Origin: Actinomycetes bacterium
GTDB lineage: Bacteria > Actinomycetota > Acidimicrobiia > Acidimicrobiales > RAAP-2
DNA: 64,000 nt
Assembly (NCBI GenBank): GCA_021810205.1
Contig: JAJZJC010000001.1
Location: 8,533 to 72,532, forward strand
Reading direction: 5' to 3'
Positions 27,097 to 36,367 of the stretch are shown one piece after another. The position numbers and the translations under genes are program-made. The notes under the pieces were generated by a model. That model saw only the letters and a list, made by a program, of their open reading frames with translations. It was not told the origin of the DNA and made no database searches. Within the stretch, counting starts at the first letter, position 1, and each line of letters opens with the position of its first letter.

Positions 27097-28976
27097 ACCG
27101 CGAGCGGCACGAAGACCGACACGATGCCGGCGAGCCACAGCGTGCTCTGCCACGCGTGGAGCGTGAGCGGCCCACCGAGCGCGAGCGCCCGCATCTCGTC
27201 GATCACGATCGTGACCGGCTGGTTCTTCGCGAACGCCTGGAGCCAACCCGGCATGGACTTGATCGTCACGAACGCGGAGCTGACGAAAGTGAGCGGGAAG
27301 AGCCAGACGAGACCGAAGGAGCCGACCGACTCCTCGTCCTTTATGGCGAGGCCCACGTAGGCGCTCACAGTGCACACGACGACACCGAACGCGACGCCGA
27401 GCACCATCATCACGACGGCCGGCCCAGCGCCGTTGCGAAACCGGAAGCCGACCGCATAACCGACCGCCAGAATGACGAGCAGCGTCACCATGAGACGGAA
27501 GGTGTCCGCCGCCAAGCGGCCGAGCAGCACGGCGGAGCGGGCCATGGGCATCGCGCGAAACCGGTCGATCACTCCCTTTTGGAGCTGGCGCGCCAGTGCA
27601 ATGGCGGTACCGAATGAAGCGAACGCTGCAGATTGGGCGATGATGCCCGGCATGAGAAAGCTCACGTAGCCGCCCGGGACGGCAATGTGGATCTCGCCGC
27701 CGAAGACATAGCGGAACAGCAGAACGAACATCACCGGCTGGATGATCGTAAAAAAGATGAACGCGGGATTGCGAAGCCAGATGAGCAGATCGCGCCGCGT
27801 GAGCGTCACCGCATCTGCGACGCCCAGCTTCAAGCGGCGCCCGGTCGACGGGCTCGGCACGTCCAAGAGCTGGAGCATGTCGCCGTCGCTCGATGTCGCA
27901 GCAAGGGTGTCACGCACCGCCGCTTCTGCGTGTCGCCCGGGCGTACGTCGCTTCGCGCGCGACGTCTCGACTTCTTCTTCGTCCGCGCCGTGGCCCGTCA
28001 ACGACATGAACACGTCGTCAAGGGAGGGTCGACGCACCCCGAGGCCCTCGGTCCGGATGCCGAGTTCGTCGAGACGCAGCACCGTGTCGACCAGCGCCTG
28101 CGACCCGTCGGACCCCACCCTGACGCTGACCCTGGCTGCCACGGGGTCGACCGCCGGCGCCGTCGTCACGACCGTGCTGACGGCGTCCGCGGCTTCCTTC
28201 GTACGGGCTCGTTCGACAACGGTGAACTCCAGGACATCTCCGCCGATCTCGTTCTTGAGTTGCTGCGCGGTGCCGGACGCGATCACCTTGCCGTGATCGA
28301 TGACGATGATCTGGTCCGCCAGCTCGTCGGCCTCTTCGAGGTACTGGGTGGTCAGGAGCAACGTGGTCCCGGCCGACACGAGCTCACGTATGACTTCCCA
28401 CATCCCGAGACGGCTGCGAGGATCGAGCCCAGTCGTCGGCTCGTCGAGGAAGACCACCTGGGGGTGCGCGACAAGGCTCAACGCGAGATCCAGGCGGCGC
28501 TGCATGCCGCCCGAGTAGCCCTTCGCGGGCCGATCGGCCGCTTCCTCGAGATCGAAGCGCTCGAGCAGCTCACCGGCTCGGCGGTGCCTGGTCTCAGGGT
28601 CCAGGTGGTACAACCTGCCCATGATCTCGAGGTTCTCGCGACCGGTCAGCTCCTCTTGGATCGCCGTCGACTGACCGGCCAAGCCGATCACCTCGCGCAC
28701 TGCAGCAGCCGACCGCACGACGTCGCGTCCTTCGACGAGCACGCGGCCCGAGTCCGGTCGGAGAAGCGTGGTCAGGATCTTCACCGCCGTCGTCTTCCCC
28801 GCACCGTTGGGTCCGAGGAGCCCGAGCACCTCGCCCCGCTCTACCACTAGGTCGATGCCGCGCAGTGCGTCGACCTCGCCGAACGACTTTCGGACGCCCT
28901 CGACGACGATCGACGGTCCTCTCCACGCGCGCGGCGTCGGCGCGACCTCGGTCGCGACGCGAATATTTCGTCTCAC
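27072..28976 (-). CDS. Fused ABC exporter: DrrA-type ATPase plus DrrB/ABC-2 permease in one polypeptide
   Basis: N-terminal half has GPNGAGKTT, YSGGMQRRLDLA and VFLDEPTTGLD. A linker is followed by a six-TM ABC-2 permease (LIWLRNPAFIFFTIIQP...). GTG at 28976 follows GAAGGATGAGG. No stop separates the two halves. Confidence 0.85.
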   Translation of the reverse strand: MRRNIRVATEVAPTPRAWRGPSIVVEGVRKSFGEVDALRGIDLVVERGEVLGLLGPNGAGKTTAVKILTTLLRPDSGRVLVEGRDVVRSAAAVREVIGLAGQSTAIQEELTGRENLEIMGRLYHLDPETRHRRAGELLERFDLEEAADRPAKGYSGGMQRRLDLALSLVAHPQVVFLDEPTTGLDPRSRLGMWEVIRELVSAGTTLLLTTQYLEEADELADQIIVIDHGKVIASGTAQQLKNEIGGDVLEFTVVERARTKEAADAVSTVVTTAPAVDPVAARVSVRVGSDGSQALVDTVLRLDELGIRTEGLGVRRPSLDDVFMSLTGHGADEEEVETSRAKRRTPGRHAEAAVRDTLAATSSDGDMLQLLDVPSPSTGRRLKLGVADAVTLTRRDLLIWLRNPAFIFFTIIQPVMFVLLFRYVFGGEIHIAVPGGYVSFLMPGIIAQSAAFASFGTAIALARQLQKGVIDRFRAMPMARSAVLLGRLAADTFRLMVTLLVILAVGYAVGFRFRNGAGPAVVMMVLGVAFGVVVCTVSAYVGLAIKDEESVGSFGLVWLFPLTFVSSAFVTIKSMPGWLQAFAKNQPVTIVIDEMRALALGGPLTLHAWQSTLWLAGIVSVFVPLAVRAYRRAS

Positions 28977-29274
28977 GTCCTCATCCTTCGATCGGGCGCC
29001 GTCGCTGTGATCCTGCGGCGACGTGCTGGGTCCCGTCGGTGCGAGTGCCGCAAAGGGGAGACGTGCGACCTGCCCCAAGCTCGCCGGTCGCCGGTCACCG
29101 CCGGTCCTCGTTCCCGCCCTCCGCGCCACCCCGTGCCCCGCACGGTCGGCGATACCGTCAAGATTACCTTGACATCGAACATGGCGTCCTTGACACATGC
29201 TGAATGGGCGCGGCGAACCGGATGACGGCTCAGCTCACGGCCTGGAGCACGCTTCCCGCTCGGTCTCGCACGTG

Positions 29275-29499
29275 ATGACCGCCGCATGGGAAACGGCACT
29301 CCGCGATCCCGACCCCCTGGTCGCGCTCGTAGCAACGAGGGCTCTCGGCGAGCTGTTGTCCACCCGGGAGGTAACCCTCGCCGCCGAAGCAATGGCCGAG
29401 GGTGCCACCTGGGGCGAGATCGGCAGCTCGGTCGGCGTCAGTTGCCAAGCCGCCTGGGAGAGGTTCCACAATGAGTCGCGGAGCTCACCCGCCAAGTGA
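29275..29499 (+). CDS. Small hypothetical protein with a possible C-terminal HTH
   Basis: EGATWGEIGSSVGVSCQAAWERF resembles a helix-turn-helix. Coding status is uncertain. Confidence 0.4.
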   Translation: MTAAWETALRDPDPLVALVATRALGELLSTREVTLAAEAMAEGATWGEIGSSVGVSCQAAWERFHNESRSSPAK

Positions 29500-29565
29500 A
29501 GACAGCGACGACGATCTGAACGACTTGGAACGCGGCGAGCGCGGCAAGGGGTTCGCTTCGACATC

Positions 29566-30723
29566 TCAGTGTCGACCCGGACGCTGGCCCGCGGGCGATG
29601 CGGAGTCCGCCAAGGACATCGCGGACTCCGCGGGCGCGAAGGGCTCCCAGCGATCGGCGAGACGTTTCGCCACCGAGGGCATGGTGGTGTACTCGAGATC
29701 CGAGAGCGGCAGCCGGTGCGGCTCGAAGGGGCCGTGGCGACGGAAGTAGTCCATCACCTCATTGGCCTGGGCCCGCGCTCGATCGAACGCGGGGTCGGCG
29801 AACATGTCGCGCGGCCCGACGAGACGCCCTTCGTGAACCTGGTAGCCGAGGCAGATGACCCTTGGCGGACCGTCGAAGCGGCTCGGGTGCGCGTCGGCTG
29901 CTGCGACGGGCATGAGCGGGGCGTGGTGCGACCCGCGCATGCACCCTGCGACCGCATGAGGGAACGAAAAGGGCTCCAGCGCTTCCCCCACTGCAGGGAG
30001 ACCTGACTGGCAGCGCACGATCATCACGGGGTCGTCCTTGCCCACGTAGCGACCCGCGATGAGCGACAGGCGCTGGGTGCTCGTGGCAGCCGCGGCCTCC
30101 TGGAGCGTCTTCGAGACGACCTGGTGAACGACGAAGCGAGCGGGCGCGCCGATGAGCATCAGCAAGTCGTACAACTCGGTCGGGCAGTCCAGGACGAGCC
30201 GCTTCTCCTCGAAGAGGTCGTAGACCTCGAAGAGGAAGCCGTCGTGCATGTGCGGGTCGATGATCAGCCCGGCAGTGTTGAAGGGATCCGCGAACATCTT
30301 GTAGAGCGGCAAGTTCCAGGCACCTGGCTCCGTCTTGTCGGCGAGGAAGCAGAGGACCGGTTCCGATGGCCGCTCGGTGAGGTCCAACTCCGCGTAGCCC
30401 GGCCCCATGCCACGCAGGTTCCCCGAGAAAGCGTCGGACAACAGGTCCTGGCCGGCCCCATAGAGGCCGAGCCCTCGAGCGACCTCGGTGGTCTGCAAGA
30501 AGACATCCCAGGCAAAACGGTGCACCGCGTCCGCGTCGCGTCCGTGCTCGTGGGTCATGATCAACGACAGGTCGTCGCCGCAGGTGGCCACCTGTCCATC
30601 CAAGAGCAGGTCTCCGCGCGCGGCGTCGACGGCCTGCTCGGCGCGCGCCACCATCGCGGGATGGACGGCCGAGTGGCCGACCCATCCGCCGGTATCGGCT
30701 TTGATGACGCTCAGCGTCAGCAT
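29566..30723 (-). CDS. fbp: Fructose-1,6-bisphosphate aldolase/phosphatase (class V FBPase, archaeal type)
   Basis: MLTLSVIKADTGGWVGHS..HP, GDDLSLIMTH, FLADKTEPGAWN.PLY..F.DP.NTAGL and YVGKDDPV.IVR are highly characteristic of the FBP aldolase/phosphatase family. GAGGAGGAGGG lies upstream of the ATG at 30723. Confidence 0.9.
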   Translation of the reverse strand: MLTLSVIKADTGGWVGHSAVHPAMVARAEQAVDAARGDLLLDGQVATCGDDLSLIMTHEHGRDADAVHRFAWDVFLQTTEVARGLGLYGAGQDLLSDAFSGNLRGMGPGYAELDLTERPSEPVLCFLADKTEPGAWNLPLYKMFADPFNTAGLIIDPHMHDGFLFEVYDLFEEKRLVLDCPTELYDLLMLIGAPARFVVHQVVSKTLQEAAAATSTQRLSLIAGRYVGKDDPVMIVRCQSGLPAVGEALEPFSFPHAVAGCMRGSHHAPLMPVAAADAHPSRFDGPPRVICLGYQVHEGRLVGPRDMFADPAFDRARAQANEVMDYFRRHGPFEPHRLPLSDLEYTTMPSVAKRLADRWEPFAPAESAMSLADSASPAGQRPGRH

Positions 30724-31053
30724 GTCACCCTCCTCCTCACCGCCGCCGCGCGGCGGCCCCGGTACACCCGCGGCGGGCACGCCGCGGCGCAGGTTGACGA
30801 TTCCTGCGCTCGCCGGGTGCGAGTAGGGCCGATGGTCACCGGCTCGTCGCAGGTAGCCGGTTCGTCGCAGCGGACGGCACCAAGGCGTGTCCGTCACCGG
30901 GCGGGAAGAGATCGTCGCCTCCTCGATCCGGAAATGAGAGCGCAAGCTCGACCGAGGAGTGCTCGCGCACACGCCGCGCTGAGCACGACGGGCGGTTCCA
31001 CATGAAGGTCCCGTCTGCCGCGCCACACCGTCTCGCTCGAGCTCGGCCAGCTC

Positions 31054-32325
31054 CTAGCGGCGTTGACGGGGCAGGCAGCACTGCTTGTACTTCTTGCCAC
31101 TCCCACAAGGGCAAGAAGCGTTGCGCGGGGTCATCTGCCACCGACGTCGCAGGTCGCGCTCGGCGACCTCGAGCTCGCCGACGATGTCGGCGACCGGACG
31201 ACCGCGCACAGCAAGGCTGCGCATGCGCGCGAGATGAGGCCGTGCGTGCTCGTAGAAGCGGCGGTAGCCCACGCACAAGTAGTTGAGGCCCGGGTCGCCG
31301 CCCGGCGCGATCGCGAAGCGGTCCTTCGGGCAGCCTCCATTGCACATTGCAAGGACCGGGCAGGATCGGCAGGCTCCCGGAAGGTCGTCGCGTTTGGCGG
31401 TCGCGAACGCCGACTGATCGAGCGACTCGACGAGGGCGCCGAGGTCGTCGACGACGACCGTTCCCAGTCGATGGGCAGGTTCGACGAAGTGGTCGCAGGA
31501 ATAGACGGACCCGTCGTGCTCGAGCGCCAAGGCCCGTCCGCAGGTCTCGGCCATTACACAGAGGTTCGCCGGCGTGCCGCTCACGACGAGGAATGGCTCG
31601 AGGAAATTCTGCACGCCGATCCGTCCGACGTCGTGACGAACCCACTCGTCGAAGACGGTGCAGAGGAACTCCCCCATGGCCTCGGGCACGACCGACCACG
31701 AGTCCAACCGGCCGCGCTCGTCGCGGCGCACGACAGGGAGGAACTGGAGCCAGGTGACGCCGAGCTCCAAGAAGAAGCGATAGGTCTCGAGGGGATGGCG
31801 AACGTTGCGCGCGTGGAGTGCGCACAGCACGTCCGGATCGATGCCGTGCGCTCGGAGCACGCGCAGGCCCCGCACCGCGCGGTCGTGGCTCGACCGACCT
31901 CTCCGGTCGCGTCGGCCCTCGTCGTGCAGGTGCGCAGGACCGTCGATGCTCAGACCGACGAAAAAGCCGTGCTCCGCAAGGAAGGTGCCCCACTCGTCGT
32001 CGAGGCGCGTGCCGTTGGTCTGCAGGCTGTTGAGGCACTGCCAGCCTTCGGGCAAGTAGCGTCCTTGGAGCTCGACGGCGAGCCGGTAGAAGTCGAGCCC
32101 CGCAAGCGTGGGCTCGCCGCCGTGCCACACGAAATGCACGAGGGGCCCGGGGCTCGCACCGATATAGCGCGCGACATAAGCCTCGAGCACCTCAGGGCTC
32201 ATGCGGAACCGCTCTCCTCGAGGAAACAGCGCTCGCTTCTCCAGGTAGTAGCAGTACGCGCAGTCGAGGTTGCAGACCGGGCCTACGGGCTTCGCCATCA
32301 CGAGGAATGGCTCTGCTACCCGCAT
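31054..32325 (-). CDS. Radical SAM/SPASM anaerobic sulfatase-maturating-enzyme-like protein with a C-terminal SEC-C motif
   Basis: KPVGPVCNLDCAYCYY (CxxxCxxC), WHGGEPTL, LQTNGT, SIDGP, a SPASM Cys cluster (CRSCPVLAMCNGGCPKDR), and a terminal CPCGSGKKYKQCC. Confidence 0.85.
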   Translation of the reverse strand: MRVAEPFLVMAKPVGPVCNLDCAYCYYLEKRALFPRGERFRMSPEVLEAYVARYIGASPGPLVHFVWHGGEPTLAGLDFYRLAVELQGRYLPEGWQCLNSLQTNGTRLDDEWGTFLAEHGFFVGLSIDGPAHLHDEGRRDRRGRSSHDRAVRGLRVLRAHGIDPDVLCALHARNVRHPLETYRFFLELGVTWLQFLPVVRRDERGRLDSWSVVPEAMGEFLCTVFDEWVRHDVGRIGVQNFLEPFLVVSGTPANLCVMAETCGRALALEHDGSVYSCDHFVEPAHRLGTVVVDDLGALVESLDQSAFATAKRDDLPGACRSCPVLAMCNGGCPKDRFAIAPGGDPGLNYLCVGYRRFYEHARPHLARMRSLAVRGRPVADIVGELEVAERDLRRRWQMTPRNASCPCGSGKKYKQCCLPRQRR

Positions 32326-32448
32326 CGCTTGCTCGCTCACCTCGCGCGTTCTCCCTTCGACGAGCAGTCTACGCACGTCAAAGTTGACTTAGTTGGTCGA
32401 CTTTTATAACGTTGAGGGAAATGGTCAGGATTTACGAGAGGAGGACCG

Positions 32449-33642
32449 ATGCACCACCGGATCGTCATCATCGGCGGGGGAAGTGCTGGGATCAGCGTCG
32501 CCGCCCGCCTGCGGCGCGCTGGCGAGGACGACATCGTCCTCGTGGATCCCGCGTCCTGGCACTACTACCAGCCCCTTTGGACCCTCGTTGGCGCGGGTGT
32601 CGTTGCCATCGCCAAGACTCGCCGGCGACAGGCCGACATCGTCCCCAAGGGGGTGGCCTGGGTGCGCGATGCCGCGGTGGAGATCGACGCGGACGCTCGC
32701 GTCGTGGCCACCGCCGGCGGCATGCGGATCGGCTACGAGGCCTTGGTCTTGTGCCCTGGCATCGAGCTCGCCTTCGACCTCGTCCCGGGCCTCGCCGACG
32801 CCATGGCTGGCCCCAACGGCGCGACCAACTACGCCGCGGCGCTCGCCCCGAAGACTGCCGAGCTCGTCCGTCGCTTCCGGGGTGGCCAGGCACTCTTCTG
32901 CGCCCCGGGATCGCCGATCAAGTGCCCGGGCGCGCCGCAAAAGGCGGCATACCTGGCCTGCGACCTGTGGCAGCGACGCGGGATCCTCGGAGGGGCCCAG
33001 GTCACGTACGCCACGGGCGCCGGAGGGATCTTCGGCGTGCCCGAATTCGCCCGGGTCCTCGAAGACGTCGTCGCGCGCTATGGCATCGCGACGCGCTTCT
33101 CCTCGGAGCTGGTGGAGGTCGACCCCGGCGGCCGCACGGCGACCTTCGAGACGACCGGGCCAGACGGCAAGACCCGCACGCGCCTCGATTACGACCTGTT
33201 GTGGGCGGCTCCCCCCCAGCGCGCGCCCGAGTTCGTCCGGGAGAGCCCGCTCGGAGGAACGAGCGCGTACGGCTGGGTCCCCGTCGACCGCCACAGCTTG
33301 CGCCACGTCGCCTTCCCCGACGTCTTCGCCCTGGGGGACGTCTGCGACGCCCCCACCTCCAAGACCGGTGCGGCCATTCGCGCCCAGGCGCCCGTCGTCG
33401 TCGCGAACGTCCTCGCCACGCTGCGTGGGGAGGAGCTTCCTGGTCGCTACGACGGCTACGCGGCCTGCCCCTTCACCACGGCCTACGGCAAGATGCTCCT
33501 CGCGGAGTTCGACTACAGCCTTGCGCCGCACCCGACGCTGCCCTTGATCGATACCACTCGCGAGCGCTACGACATGTGGCTCCTGAAGCGCTACGGGCTG
33601 CCGGCCTTCTACTGGAACCTCATGCTGCGCGGCCTGGGCTGA
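32449..33642 (+). CDS. sqr: Sulfide:quinone oxidoreductase (type II, SQRDL-like)
   Basis: HRIVIIGGGSAG, YYQPLWTLVGAG, GSPIKCPGAPQKAAYLA, GWVPVD and LGDVCDAPTSKTGAA match type II SQR. Confidence 0.85.
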   Translation: MHHRIVIIGGGSAGISVAARLRRAGEDDIVLVDPASWHYYQPLWTLVGAGVVAIAKTRRRQADIVPKGVAWVRDAAVEIDADARVVATAGGMRIGYEALVLCPGIELAFDLVPGLADAMAGPNGATNYAAALAPKTAELVRRFRGGQALFCAPGSPIKCPGAPQKAAYLACDLWQRRGILGGAQVTYATGAGGIFGVPEFARVLEDVVARYGIATRFSSELVEVDPGGRTATFETTGPDGKTRTRLDYDLLWAAPPQRAPEFVRESPLGGTSAYGWVPVDRHSLRHVAFPDVFALGDVCDAPTSKTGAAIRAQAPVVVANVLATLRGEELPGRYDGYAACPFTTAYGKMLLAEFDYSLAPHPTLPLIDTTRERYDMWLLKRYGLPAFYWNLMLRGLG

Positions 33643-33889
33643 ACGGCGCGGCGGCACACTTGCGCCGAGCGGCTGCGAAGCGCGGCGGCGTCATCTGGTG
33701 CGTCGAAGTCCCCATGAGCTGCTGGAGGCGAGCAGGCGCGAGTGCAACCGGGTGTCGATTTCGGTTCGGCAACGCTCTTCCCACCACGTCACCGGCTGCC
33801 CTCCCGCCCTGCCGATGTCTCAAGGCCAACGCCATCGATGCCGATCTTGATGGACGGGCACCTGCGTTGGGGCGCTCGGAGGAGCACAT

Positions 33890-36214
33890 ATGCACGACAA
33901 CACGCCGGCTAGAGGTCCTGGCGCATGGAGGATCACCGCACTGGTGGTCCTCGCCGTCCTGGTGGGAGGAACGCTCACGGCGATCGCCCTCGTTTCCGTC
34001 GCCTTCAAGAGCCAGGCCACCCGTGCGCTGCGCACCGAGCTCGCCCTCGAACAGGCATCGCTCTACGTCAACTCCTACCGCTACTACGGCCAGAGCTTCG
34101 CCGAGGGGGCAGCATACGGCCCGAGCCAGCGCAGAGAGCAGGCTCTCCTCGCCGACGCGGGCCGGCAGCGCACGGCGCAGTTCGCGCAGCAGACCACCCT
34201 GGGGAAACCGCTCGTCGCACTGAACGACCGGCTGGAGCGCCTGATGAGCCACGAGCTGCAGCTCGTCGGAGCCCACAGGCTCCACGCCGCAGCAGCGTTC
34301 GACGCGCGGACGGTCTCCCCCGTCTTCGGCGCTTTGACCGGCGCCATGGCCGCGGACGTGCCGAAGCTCGACCGACGTGCCGCTGCCGCCAGCGCGGACG
34401 CCTCCGCCGGGATCCTCGTCTCGGTACTCGGCGCCGGCGCCTTGCTCCTCGTGGGGATCGCCACCTACGAGCGAACCCGGAGGCGCCGCATCCGCCACCT
34501 CGCAGCAGCCGCCGAACGTGAGCACAGCAGGGCGCGCTTCGCCACCCTCGTCCGCCATGCCAGCGACATGGTCGTCGTGGTCGGCGTCGACGGCACGGTC
34601 AGTTTCGAGACGCCCTCGACGGGCCGCATCCTCGGCCACGCTGAGGGCAGCCTCCTCGGCCGGAACCTGGCCGAGCTGGCCCACCCCGACGACCGCCCGT
34701 TGCTTGGTCTCCTGTGCCAAGGAGGCGGCCATGAGCACGGCGAGCTCCGCCTCCAGCGGGCTGACGGTGCGTACCGCTGCTTCGAGATACGCGCGACTCA
34801 CCTTCTCGAGGACCCCGAGGTCGAGGGCGTGGTCCTCAACGGCCGCGACGTGACCGACCGCAAGCAGCTCGAGCAAGAGCTGCGGCACCAGGCGCTCCAC
34901 GACGCGCTCACGGGCCTCGCCAACCGGGCCCTCTACAGTGACCGAGTCGCCCATGCGCTCGCCCGCCACGACCGCTCCGGGGCGGACCTCGCCGTGCTGC
35001 TCATCGACCTCGACGACTTCAAGTCCGTGAACGACGTCTTCGGGCACGGCACCGGCGACGAGCTTCTCGTCGAGGTGGCACGCCGTCTCTCGGGCGCGGT
35101 GCGCCGCGGCGACACCGTCGCCCGCCTCGGAGGCGACGAGTTCGCCGTCCTGCTCGACGAACCGCTCGTCGGGGGTGAGCCTCAGAGGATCGCCCGGCGG
35201 ATCCTCGAGGCGATGACGGCACCCGTCGACCTGCACACTGGAGCCCAGGTGGTCGGTGCCAGCATCGGGATCGCATTCGCTCGAGCCCGAACGACCGCCG
35301 AGGAGCTCCTACGAGACGCCGACCTGGCCATGTACGTGGCCAAACAGCAGGGCAAGGGGCGCATCGTCACCTTCGACGAGGGCATGCATCTCCAAGCCCA
35401 GGAGCGGCTGGCACTGACGAGCGAGCTGGCATCAGCCCTAAGAGCAGGTGACCAGCTCACCTTGCATTACCAGCCGATCGTCCGCCTGGAGACCGAGGAG
35501 ATCGTCGGCGTCGAAGCGCTCGTCCGTTGGCAGCATCCGACGCGGGGCATGCTCCCCCCGCTGTCTTTCATCCCGCTCGCCGAGGAGAGCGGGCTCATCG
35601 TCGAGCTCGGTCGCTGGGTGCTGCGCGAGGCCACCCGTCAGCTCGCGAAGTGGGCGGCGCTGGACGCTTCTCTCGACGGGCTCACCATGAGCGTGAACGC
35701 ATCGGCTCGACAGCTCGACGAGCCGCACTTCGTCGAAGACGTGCGGGCGGCACTCGAGCAGGCCGGGCTTCCCCCGGCGGCGCTCGTCATCGAGATCACC
35801 GAGAGCCTCATCATGCAGCAAGCCGAGGCCGTGGTCGACCGCCTCGTCGAGCTGCGCACACTCGGAGTCCGGATCGCCATCGACGACTTCGGCACCGGCT
35901 ACTCCTCGCTCGGCTACCTCAAGAGGCTCCCGGTCGACCAGCTCAAGGTGGACCGGGGGTTCACCGTGGACCTGTGTGCAACGGGGCGCCCCCACGCGCT
36001 CGCCGAAGCCATCGTACGCATCGGCGCGAGCCTCGAGATCGAGACGCTGGCAGAGGGCATCGAGCGGCCCGTGGAGCTCGAACACCTACTGGCGCTTCGC
36101 TGCACCTACGGTCAGGGGTACCTCTTTGCCAAGCCGCTGCCTGCAGACGACTGCTTCGAGCTGCTGCGAGCCGGCGACCCCCAAAGCGCCGTGGAGCGGG
36201 TGAGCTCGACCTGA
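33890..36214 (+). CDS. Membrane sensor PAS-GGDEF-EAL protein (c-di-GMP turnover)
   Basis: Two TM segments flank a periplasmic region. PAS (VVVVGVDGTVSFETPS..ILG), GGDEF (RLGGDEFAVLL) and EAL (VGVEALVRWQHP ... DDFGTGYSSL) motifs are present. Confidence 0.9.
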   Translation: MHDNTPARGPGAWRITALVVLAVLVGGTLTAIALVSVAFKSQATRALRTELALEQASLYVNSYRYYGQSFAEGAAYGPSQRREQALLADAGRQRTAQFAQQTTLGKPLVALNDRLERLMSHELQLVGAHRLHAAAAFDARTVSPVFGALTGAMAADVPKLDRRAAAASADASAGILVSVLGAGALLLVGIATYERTRRRRIRHLAAAAEREHSRARFATLVRHASDMVVVVGVDGTVSFETPSTGRILGHAEGSLLGRNLAELAHPDDRPLLGLLCQGGGHEHGELRLQRADGAYRCFEIRATHLLEDPEVEGVVLNGRDVTDRKQLEQELRHQALHDALTGLANRALYSDRVAHALARHDRSGADLAVLLIDLDDFKSVNDVFGHGTGDELLVEVARRLSGAVRRGDTVARLGGDEFAVLLDEPLVGGEPQRIARRILEAMTAPVDLHTGAQVVGASIGIAFARARTTAEELLRDADLAMYVAKQQGKGRIVTFDEGMHLQAQERLALTSELASALRAGDQLTLHYQPIVRLETEEIVGVEALVRWQHPTRGMLPPLSFIPLAEESGLIVELGRWVLREATRQLAKWAALDASLDGLTMSVNASARQLDEPHFVEDVRAALEQAGLPPAALVIEITESLIMQQAEAVVDRLVELRTLGVRIAIDDFGTGYSSLGYLKRLPVDQLKVDRGFTVDLCATGRPHALAEAIVRIGASLEIETLAEGIERPVELEHLLALRCTYGQGYLFAKPLPADDCFELLRAGDPQSAVERVSST

Positions 36215-36367
36215 TCCGAGGAACGTGCACCGGCAGGTTTGGGCTATGGAGCCTCTGAACGGTGCAGTGGCCCGCGCTCTTCAGACGGCGCGCGCTGCGT
36301 CGGGCAGGCCGGGGTCGCCAGGCACACCGAGCCAAGAGCTCCAATGGCCAAGGGCTGACGTCGGCGC

